Shown: positions 1 through 5,964 of the stretch, one piece after another
Layout of the letters: each line of letters starts with the position of its first letter
How positions within the stretch are numbered: position 1 is the stretch's first letter
Virus record (IMG/VR): IMGVR_UViG_2660238548_000023
From: a virus
Taxonomy: Duplodnaviria > Heunggongvirae > Uroviricota > Caudoviricetes
Length of the DNA stretch: 10,865 nucleotides
Reading direction: 5' to 3' (one strand)
Notes under the pieces: generated by a model
Told to the model about the DNA's origin: nothing
Seen by the model: only the letters and a program-made list of their open reading frames with translations
The model's database searches: none
Made by a program: the position numbers and the translations under genes

Positions 1-39
1 ATGCGTATAGGACAAAATCGTTTTTTGGGGGCTATACAC

Positions 40-1254
40 ATGTTGCTTTCAGACCTTGCTATCCGTCGCGCGAAGCCAAAAGAGAAAGCCTATACACTCA
101 ATGACGGCAACGGGCTTTCGTTACTCATTGAGCCGAACGGTTCGAAGGGCTGGCGATTGCGATACAGGTTTGCAGGCAAGCCCAAAATGTTGTCGCTGGG
201 TGTTTATCCTGAGGTGTCCCTTTCTGATGCCAGGACGGCAAGGGATGAAGCCAAAAGGCTTATCGCTGGTGGAGTTAATCCGAGTGAGGTCAGAAAGGCC
301 CAAAAGCGAGAACAGGCGAACAAATGCGGTAACACCTTTGAGGCGATCGCCCGTGAGTGGTATGAAAAACGCCTGGACAGATGGTCACAATCATATGCCG
401 CAGAGATGATTGATACGTTTGAGAAGGACGTATTCCCGTATATCGGCAGCAAACCGATAGCAGAAATAAAACCGATGGAATTGCTCGCGGTTCTCTCTCG
501 TCTTAATGACCGTGGCGCAACTGAAAAATTGCGTAAGGTTCGACAGCGATGTGGCGAAGTGTTCCGGTACGCAATAATTACCGGACGCGCTGAATATAAC
601 CCCGCTCCTGATCTGGCAAGCGCATTTGCACCACACAAGAAAGAGCATTACGCGTATCTGAAAGTTGATGAGCTACCGGAGTTTTTCCGCGTTTTTAATA
701 CGTACACCGGAAGCCAGATCGTCAAGCTGGGTATGCGATTGTTGATTCTTACAGGACTCCGCCCAGGTGAATTACGGCAGGCAGAGTGGCAGGAGATTGA
801 TTTTGATAATCGTCTGTGGGAAGTGCCGAAAGAACGAATGAAAATGCGCCGTCCTCATTGCGTGCCACTTTCAGAACAGGCGATCGCTATTCTGGAACAG
901 TTAAAACACATGACGGGGCAGTATCCGTTTATTTTCCCTGGTCGAATACAGCACAGTAAGCCGATGAGTGAAATGGCTATGAACGTGCTTATTCGTCGTA
1001 TTGGCTATGCAGGGCGCGTTACTGGTCATGGGTTCCGGCATACCATGAGTACGATTTTGCATGAGCAGGGTTATAACTCCGCGTGGATAGAAACGCAGCT
1101 GGCGCACGTCGATAAAAACTCGATCCGTGGCACATACAATCACGCGCAATACCTGGACGGACGGCAGGAGATGCTCCAGTGGTACGCCGACTATATGGAC
1201 TCACTGGAACAGGGCGGGAATGTGGTACATGGCAAGTTTGGAAAATGTGGATGA
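40..1254 (+). CDS. int: P4/CP4-type tyrosine integrase (site-specific recombinase)
   Basis: ORF open from 1 to 1254. From the internal Met at 40 the N-terminus (MLLSDLAIRRAKPKEKAYTLNDGNGLSLLIEPNGSKGWRLRYRF) matches the P4-like integrase N-terminal pattern, and the C-terminal half has the catalytic-region pattern HGFRHT...LAHVD...Y. A G-run at 26-30 could serve as RBS. The start could instead be the ATG at 1. Confidence 0.88.
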   Translation: MLLSDLAIRRAKPKEKAYTLNDGNGLSLLIEPNGSKGWRLRYRFAGKPKMLSLGVYPEVSLSDARTARDEAKRLIAGGVNPSEVRKAQKREQANKCGNTFEAIAREWYEKRLDRWSQSYAAEMIDTFEKDVFPYIGSKPIAEIKPMELLAVLSRLNDRGATEKLRKVRQRCGEVFRYAIITGRAEYNPAPDLASAFAPHKKEHYAYLKVDELPEFFRVFNTYTGSQIVKLGMRLLILTGLRPGELRQAEWQEIDFDNRLWEVPKERMKMRRPHCVPLSEQAIAILEQLKHMTGQYPFIFPGRIQHSKPMSEMAMNVLIRRIGYAGRVTGHGFRHTMSTILHEQGYNSAWIETQLAHVDKNSIRGTYNHAQYLDGRQEMLQWYADYMDSLEQGGNVVHGKFGKCG

Positions 1255-1352
1255 CTGGTTGAGTATACAGTAGTAGACTTTGAGCGACTAAAAAGGCTGA
1301 TGCAAACCGAACTGGATCGGCCTTAACATTAGACCGCTTGAAGGGGGAGAAT

Positions 1353-2057
1353 ATGCCAATTGTGGAAAACATTCCTGACTTATCCCACTGGCGAACAGTA
1401 CAGGAGTTTTCTATCACCCAAGCCGCTTTATTGTTGGCCGGAATTGATCCTTATGATTACCCTACTCTTGAACATGCCAGAGATTATAAACATGAACGTT
1501 GGAAAATGGCATGGGGGTTGGCTAATGGAATGGTTACTGCAATTCGTCGTGGTGTATTAACTCCTGTGTGGATTGAATATTATCCTTTGTGGGAAGTACA
1601 AAGAGCATCCGGCACCCCCCGTACAGAGATACCAGATCGTTTGAAGAAAATATCCATGGACGAAACAATTATTACCCGTCATTCTTTACTTGAATGGGTA
1701 AGAAATGAGAGGGTCGATTATGTAAGACCTCCTCGCTCTATATCGGATAAGGAGATTAAGCCATCTAACCAATCAGTAATAATTGATGCTGAATCGCGCG
1801 TGATTAATTCTGAAGAAACAGTATTGCTGACTTATGGTCATAAGAGCGAAGGTCTTGAATATGTAGAAGACGCAATAAGAGAACTTTGGGCAACATATGA
1901 TCCAGATAATCAACAAACAGCCCCTACAAGAAATGATGTTGTTGAATACCTGAAAGGCAGGGGAGCGGGGCAGAACATGGCCGAGGCTGTAAACCTGATA
2001 CTACGCCCCACTGGCTTGCAGCAAGTTGGAAGAAGGAAAAGAAAAACAAATAGTTAA
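1353..2057 (+). CDS. hypothetical protein; AT-rich orphan cargo gene between int and alpA
   Basis: Long ORF (track 1338-2057, TTG start). Preferred start is ATG 1353, preceded by RBS aagggggag at 1341-1349. The region is visibly more AT-rich than the flanking genes. No recognisable domain; basic C-terminal tail GRRKRKTNS. Confidence 0.6.
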   Translation: MPIVENIPDLSHWRTVQEFSITQAALLLAGIDPYDYPTLEHARDYKHERWKMAWGLANGMVTAIRRGVLTPVWIEYYPLWEVQRASGTPRTEIPDRLKKISMDETIITRHSLLEWVRNERVDYVRPPRSISDKEIKPSNQSVIIDAESRVINSEETVLLTYGHKSEGLEYVEDAIRELWATYDPDNQQTAPTRNDVVEYLKGRGAGQNMAEAVNLILRPTGLQQVGRRKRKTNS

Positions 2058-2249
2058 ATAGTGCCCACCCTTCGTAAAAAAGGTGGCACTATTTGCTCAA
2101 AACTCTTTTGTTTATGGCGAGAAATCATAGTTAAGCGTGCGTTTTCTTTGCTTATTGATACTGGAATGGTGGCAGCATTATTAAAATAATAGTGGGCACT
2201 ATTCCATTGAAATAGTACCCACCATTAAAAATAGTACCCACCTATAAAT
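2057..2249. promoter_or_regulatory. operator-like repeat array and putative alpA promoter
   Basis: About six copies of a 13-bp motif AATAGT(G/A)CCCACC in both orientations: 2057-2069, 2082-2094 (inverted), 2168-2182 (degenerate), 2211-2223 and 2230-2243, plus a 16-bp palindrome aatagtgggcactatt at 2188-2203. The -10-like tataaat at 2243-2249 overlaps the last copy, upstream of alpA. Confidence 0.4.
2060..2098 (+). terminator. putative intrinsic terminator after the orphan gene
   Basis: Inverted repeat agtgcccacc (2060-2069) / ggtggcact (2082-2090) gives a roughly 9-bp stem with one bulged C and an 11-nt loop, followed by the T-rich atttgctc. The two arms are inverted copies of the AATAGTRCCCACC motif. 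Confidence 0.35.
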
Positions 2250-2304
2250 ATGTTTTCCTTTTATGCATCATTGTAGACGGTTATAGACGTTACGAGGATT
2301 GAAT

Positions 2305-2502
2305 ATGTCAAATAACTTACTTCGTCTTTCTGATGTTATGCGCCGTACTGGTTACGGTCGCGCTTGGATTTATCGCCTGATCAGCCTGGGGCGCTTCCCT
2401 AAACCTGTAAAAATTGGTTCCCGCTCCGTGGCTTTTATTGAAAGTGAAGTCGACGAATGGATTAACCAGCGTATTGATGCTTCTCGCAACAACGCCGCGT
2501 AA
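2305..2502 (+). CDS. alpA: AlpA-family transcriptional regulator / excisionase-like protein
   Basis: Small ORF with the AlpA-like pattern LLRLSDVMRRTGYGRAWIYRLISLGRFPKPVKIGSRSVAFIESEVDEWI. ATG at 2305 has RBS gagga at 2294-2298; the ORF track starts at TTG 2299. Confidence 0.85.
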   Translation: MSNNLLRLSDVMRRTGYGRAWIYRLISLGRFPKPVKIGSRSVAFIESEVDEWINQRIDASRNNAA

Positions 2503-2568
2503 TAATCTTTTGGGAGGGGGGGGTATTCTCCCCCAGCACTAAACCTGATCCGACAGCAGGAGTTTTCA

Positions 2569-3288
2569 ATGAAACGTCCGAATATGCCCGTACAGGGGCA
2601 GGGCTTCATTCAGCCTGAAATCAGCCAGAACGATATATTGATTCGCCACAAAGCAGAGTCGCGTATTGATTCCCGCGTTATTTCTGAGCGAGCAGGAATA
2701 CAACACGAAAGTATCATTGCGACGATTAAATCTCATCAATCCAGATTGCGCGAGCTTGGCTCACTGCCTCGCCAGTCAGTCAAGGAATTAACCTATTTGA
2801 AATCGGGAAAATCTGGCCGCAAGCGCGGTCGTCCTGAAATTAGTTATTTGCTGAATGAGCTACAGCTTGACTATCTGTTACGCGTTATCCGTGGGCGTGA
2901 CGCAGAACGTATCAACCAGTTCAAGCTGGATGTTACGAAGGCATTCGCGAAGCATCGCGCCGCTGAACCAGTCCGTCGCGAATATCTGCCAGGCTATCAC
3001 GAAAGCCGTGACGGGCTTAAAGCACTGGGCGCAGAACGTCACCATTACATCAACCTTGCCCGCACTGAAAATCGCTTCGCTGGGCTGGCTGTAGGCGAGC
3101 GTCAGAGCGCGGGAGAGCAACAGTTAGGCTTACTGATAGTCATGCAGAAAATCGAGCAGGCAGCATTTAACGAGGCGATACAGAACGGCATGACACCGAC
3201 CGAAGCGGTGCGGGAAGTTGCTCGCCGCATGGAGACGTTCGCCAGCCTGATGACGTCAGCGCCGTCTCTGGGGGTGAATCATGCGTAA
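2569..3288 (+). CDS. Rha-family phage regulatory protein (putative)
   Basis: 239-aa ORF; RBS aggag at 2558-2562, 6 nt before ATG 2569. The N-terminal region (ILIRHKAESRIDSRVISERAGIQHESIIATIKSH) resembles the Rha domain. Its stop overlaps the next start (ATG 3281, TAA 3286-3288). Confidence 0.6.
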   Translation: MKRPNMPVQGQGFIQPEISQNDILIRHKAESRIDSRVISERAGIQHESIIATIKSHQSRLRELGSLPRQSVKELTYLKSGKSGRKRGRPEISYLLNELQLDYLLRVIRGRDAERINQFKLDVTKAFAKHRAAEPVRREYLPGYHESRDGLKALGAERHHYINLARTENRFAGLAVGERQSAGEQQLGLLIVMQKIEQAAFNEAIQNGMTPTEAVREVARRMETFASLMTSAPSLGVNHA

Positions 3289-4804
3289 TTATGATTTCGC
3301 CGCAATTATTCCGGTATCACCTGGCATTATTGGCAGATATGAAACGGGCGTTGTCAGCGCACGCGCACTGCATAAAGCGCTCGGTGTAGGCCGTGATTTC
3401 ACCACCTGGATTAAAGGGCGTATTGAGGAATACGGATTTAAAAAAGGTGTGGATTTTGAGGCTGTAGAAAATTTGTACTTTGATTCCCAGAAACGGGGGA
3501 GCCAAAGTGTAAATATTGAACAGTTTGATTCTGGCTGGCACGTCGCCTGGGAGAACGTGAACATGCCTGACATCCGCAACGCTGCCGCCCTGTACATCGA
3601 TACTGCGGATAAGTTCGCACAGGTGAGCATCAACCATGCTGATTACATGCGCCATATCGTGAGCCATTTCGCCGCTGAGCGCATGAAACACGTTAAGCAT
3701 TATCAGAAGGAGGCTTTATCAAATTATCGCGCTGGTGGCCCTGTACGGCGTGAATATCCGCATGATGCAGGAATGGCAGGCAAAACAAAGGCGACCACGA
3801 AAGGGTCGCCAGTGGAGATAAAGGAAATCAAGCGCATCACCAACTATGCCATGAGTGTAGCTGGTGGACAAGGCTATCAGCCAGGCGGTCGGTTTTTAGT
3901 GGCTTTTAACCGCCGTGGGTATTTCTCGACAAAAGCCTCAAGGGCAAATCGTGTTGGCCTGGTGAGTGGCAGTGGATTAAGTAACAACCTCCTTTGCCGT
4001 TGTGCTTTTTCGCGCTGTCGCTCAAGTATGGATAATGCGATTTCCTGTAGTTCTTCATTTGTCATTGTCTGTACCCGTAAAGCGGTGCGCTGTAGTACCT
4101 CATATCACAGCGCAGGTATTTTTTATGGTTGTAATTTGCGTGATGATTCAGGTTGCTTTGCGACACACTGCATAAACATAAATAACGTGATGTTATTATG
4201 TGCTTTCAAAGAAAACGCAGGTATTTTTCGCACAAACTTTTCTCGCAACACATCCGACCACTTAAGCAAAAAAGCGGCATATACTGAAGCTATCCCTTAT
4301 AAAACGGGGATCGGGCGTAGGAACCCGTTTAACTGTAAGGCGATAAATGACGCCAGAAGCGTCTTTTTTTCTGCCAGCGCTTTACGCCATATCAATGGCG
4401 TTGTGTATTGTGCGTACTCGTGCACCATCCAGTCATTTCACGAGTTGCATTTTGCACAGCGCCACCAGCAAACAATGGTGATGCTGGCGGGGCTACCGAA
4501 AGGTAGGCCGGAGTCCTTACAGTCCGGTATTCCTACCCCCGCCAGTGTCACCGCCCATTGTGAGCGTAGGAACTCCTGCGGTGACGTTATTCATCACTGT
4601 AAGGAGGCTGCCAACATGGCTACTACCCCTACCCTCGTACATTCTCAGACTGCCTTTATCTGGCGCTTTATCATCTTTGGCGCGTCAGAATCCCAAATCA
4701 TCCACGTAACCGCCTGGACGGAACGCGAAGCGCGTAACCGTTGCCCGTCAGGTTGCGTTGCTGTATTCGCCGCCCGTATCCGTCAGGAGGCATCACATGG
4801 ATAA
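3281..4804 (+). CDS. AntA-domain antirepressor-like protein; 3' extent uncertain
   Basis: N-terminus (VVSARALHKALGVGRDFTTWIKGRIEEYGFKKGVDF) matches the AntA antirepressor N-domain pattern. The frame has no stop until 4804, but after about codon 230 (near 3960) the translation is Cys/Ser-rich and non-protein-like, and it runs through a hairpin plus T7 terminator (4349-4370), the structured leader and the in-frame Icd-like ORF. The true C-terminus is probably well upstream of 4804. Confidence 0.4.
   Translation: MRNYDFAAIIPVSPGIIGRYETGVVSARALHKALGVGRDFTTWIKGRIEEYGFKKGVDFEAVENLYFDSQKRGSQSVNIEQFDSGWHVAWENVNMPDIRNAAALYIDTADKFAQVSINHADYMRHIVSHFAAERMKHVKHYQKEALSNYRAGGPVRREYPHDAGMAGKTKATTKGSPVEIKEIKRITNYAMSVAGGQGYQPGGRFLVAFNRRGYFSTKASRANRVGLVSGSGLSNNLLCRCAFSRCRSSMDNAISCSSSFVIVCTRKAVRCSTSYHSAGIFYGCNLRDDSGCFATHCININNVMLLCAFKENAGIFRTNFSRNTSDHLSKKAAYTEAIPYKTGIGRRNPFNCKAINDARSVFFSASALRHINGVVYCAYSCTIQSFHELHFAQRHQQTMVMLAGLPKGRPESLQSGIPTPASVTAHCERRNSCGDVIHHCKEAANMATTPTLVHSQTAFIWRFIIFGASESQIIHVTAWTEREARNRCPSGCVAVFAARIRQEASHG
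4349..4370 (+). terminator. intrinsic terminator-like hairpin plus T7
   Basis: gacgc (4349-4353), loop cagaa, gcgtc (4359-4363), then ttttttt (4364-4370). It lies about 10 nt after the upstream copy of actgtaagg (4332-4340). Confidence 0.4.
4501..4592 (+). ncRNA. candidate c4/CI-type antisense immunity RNA (structured leader upstream of icd-like ORF)
   Basis: Hairpin 1: ggtagg (4502-4507) pairs with cctacc (4532-4537), inner stem ccgg/ccgg (4508-4511 / 4524-4527), 12-nt loop agtccttacagt. Loop bases 4514-4523 (tccttacagt) are exactly complementary to 4596-4605 (actgtaagga), which overlaps the SD of the Icd-like ORF; 9 of them also match 4332-4340. Hairpin 2: gtcaccgc (4547-4554) pairs with gcggtgac (4578-4585). 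Confidence 0.35.
4616..4804 (+). CDS. host cell division inhibitor Icd-like small protein (putative)
   Basis: 62-aa ORF (MATTPTLVHSQTAFIWRFIIFGASESQIIHVTAWTEREARNRCPSGCVAVFAARIRQEASHG). Strong SD aaggagg at 4601-4607, 8 nt before ATG 4616. Position directly after a c4-like structured leader matches the P1 c4-icd arrangement. It is in frame with the upstream long ORF. Confidence 0.4.
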   Translation: MATTPTLVHSQTAFIWRFIIFGASESQIIHVTAWTEREARNRCPSGCVAVFAARIRQEASHG

Positions 4805-5225
4805 AAACATGTTGATCGCCTCTTCTTTCGGGCTGTATGATGCCGAAGTCGCCCACATGGCGACCGGGTTTAGCAGCCTGAATCAGATAGCGGACAGCCG
4901 CTTACATTCCGATATGCGGTTTTTTTGTGTCCGTAAGCCTACCCATACCCGCATTATGGCGGGGCGTAACGGGGGAGCCTTTGCGCTCGCTGGTTCCTAT
5001 CTGGCCAGTCTGCTAACCCCGTTACGTCTCGCCACCATGTTTAGCAGCGTAGTAGCGAGACTCCTTAATCAACAGATAGGAGCCTTTCACATGGCTGTAT
5101 CCGCACGCACATCTGATTTTTGTCGCCCGTATCCGTCAGGAGGTGACTCATGCTTAAAACCTTCCGCGTCTTTTCCCGTGCTGTTAACAAGCGCGGCCAT
5201 ACCATCGGCATCACACAGAACGTGA
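4797..5225 (+). CDS. hypothetical ORF overlapping the second structured-leader copy
   Basis: ATG 4797 lies 6 nt after the first 20-bp RBS module cgcccgtatccgtcaggagg (4771-4790) and overlaps the icd-like stop (TAA 4802-4804). The translation is Ala/Ser/Leu-rich and low-complexity, and its 3' half covers a second divergent copy of the leader, so it may not encode a real protein. Confidence 0.3.
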   Translation: MDKNMLIASSFGLYDAEVAHMATGFSSLNQIADSRLHSDMRFFCVRKPTHTRIMAGRNGGAFALAGSYLASLLTPLRLATMFSSVVARLLNQQIGAFHMAVSARTSDFCRPYPSGGDSCLKPSASFPVLLTSAAIPSASHRT

Positions 5226-5335
5226 AGGCCGAAAACGTCCAGGCTGCAATCAGCACAGTAATTAACAAATCAGCTAAAGCCGGTTTATCCGGCGTAATTA
5301 TCCACGCAGTTACATGTATTCAGGATGAGGAGTAA
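5150..5335 (+). CDS. hypothetical small basic protein
   Basis: 61-aa ORF. ATG 5150 lies 6 nt after the second exact copy of the 20-bp RBS module (5124-5143). The sequence (MLKTFRVFSRAVNKRGHTIGITQNVKAENVQAAISTVINKSAKAGLSGVIIHAVTCIQDEE) is protein-like. Confidence 0.45.
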   Translation: MLKTFRVFSRAVNKRGHTIGITQNVKAENVQAAISTVINKSAKAGLSGVIIHAVTCIQDEE

Positions 5336-5338
5336 TTC

Positions 5339-5548
5339 ATGTGTGATTTTTCCGATATGACTGTTGATGAAGCAGCAAAAAGCGCAATGCAGGCAGAACT
5401 TATTTGTTCTCTGATGATGGGTAACACAGGTGGAATGACTGAGGGTGAGATTGAGTCATTGCTCGCCCTGATTAAGCAGCTTACAGGTAAGGCAGGTAGC
5501 TGGCTGATTGCTGCATCGGGTGATGATGCAATATGCGTCAATGACTGA
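5339..5548 (+). CDS. hypothetical small acidic protein
   Basis: 69-aa ORF. RBS gaggag at 5327-5332 before ATG 5339; begins 3 nt after the previous stop. Confidence 0.5.
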   Translation: MCDFSDMTVDEAAKSAMQAELICSLMMGNTGGMTEGEIESLLALIKQLTGKAGSWLIAASGDDAICVND

Positions 5549-5592
5549 ATCCTTTGTTGTTCTGAATATCATGAAATTAAGGGGGTGCAGTA

Positions 5593-5784
5593 ATGCAGCA
5601 AATAACACTGGCAGAAGCCTCACTGCAAGCGCAACAGGTCGAAGTAATCAGCCGCATGATTGAACGCAACCACGAAGAAATAGACGACCATGACCTTTCT
5701 GTTATTGCAGGACTTATCAAACAACTTTCCAGCAATGTGGCGGTGTGGTTAATGACGGAGGAAGAAAAACGCGGCGAACAATAA
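5593..5784 (+). CDS. hypothetical small acidic protein (possible paralog of 5339-5548)
   Basis: 63-aa ORF. RBS aagggggtg upstream of ATG 5593. Shares an LIKQL...WL segment with the preceding small protein. Confidence 0.5.
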   Translation: MQQITLAEASLQAQQVEVISRMIERNHEEIDDHDLSVIAGLIKQLSSNVAVWLMTEEEKRGEQ

Positions 5785-5841
5785 CGGCTAAAAATAAACG
5801 GGAAATAAGGATTAAGACGACTCCTTCAGGAGATTAATTCA

Positions 5842-5964
5842 ATGGCATCAAAAAATACTGGCTTAACTGCCAGTAGCAAAACTCACCCCGAATTTATGTG
5901 CGGGGATATTTACCGCAATGAATACGGTAGCCACATGACGATGATCAGCAGAGGTAAGAAATGA
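5842..5964 (+). CDS. putative 40-aa micro-ORF translationally coupled to the primase
   Basis: Manually found ATG 5842 with RBS caggag at 5826-5831; the TGA stop (5962-5964) overlaps the primase ATG (5961) as ATGA. Below the ORF-track length cutoff. Confidence 0.25.
   Translation: MASKNTGLTASSKTHPEFMCGDIYRNEYGSHMTMISRGKK

Noticed and set aside
56-1417. Alternative-frame and minus-strand ORFs overlapping the integrase (56-409, 121-303, 204-638, 391-648, 901-1149, 1019-1417)
   Set aside because: Shadow ORFs within a gene that has a clear family signature; no independent support.
2511-2540. G-rich / C-rich hairpin after alpA as an intrinsic terminator
   Set aside because: Only a 5-bp GC stem and no following U-tract; recorded instead as a homopolymer-tract observation.
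2370-3700. ORFs 2370-2609 (-), 2855-3094 (+), 2878-3120 (-), 3289-3633 (-), 3317-3700 (-), 3438-3620 (-)
   Set aside because: Shadows of the alpA, Rha-like and AntA-like genes; no RBS or family signal.
3790-3810. Perfect 7-bp hairpin ggcgacc / ggtcgcc with 7-nt loop as a terminator
   Set aside because: It lies inside the protein-like part of the AntA-like ORF and has no downstream U-tract; probably coincidental or a minor mRNA structure.
3877-4065. 62-aa minus-strand ORF (MTNEELQEIALSILERQREKAQRQRR...)
   Set aside because: No convincing SD, it overlaps the AntA-like frame, and every other gene except 9923-10309 is on the + strand. Cannot be excluded as a small divergent regulator.
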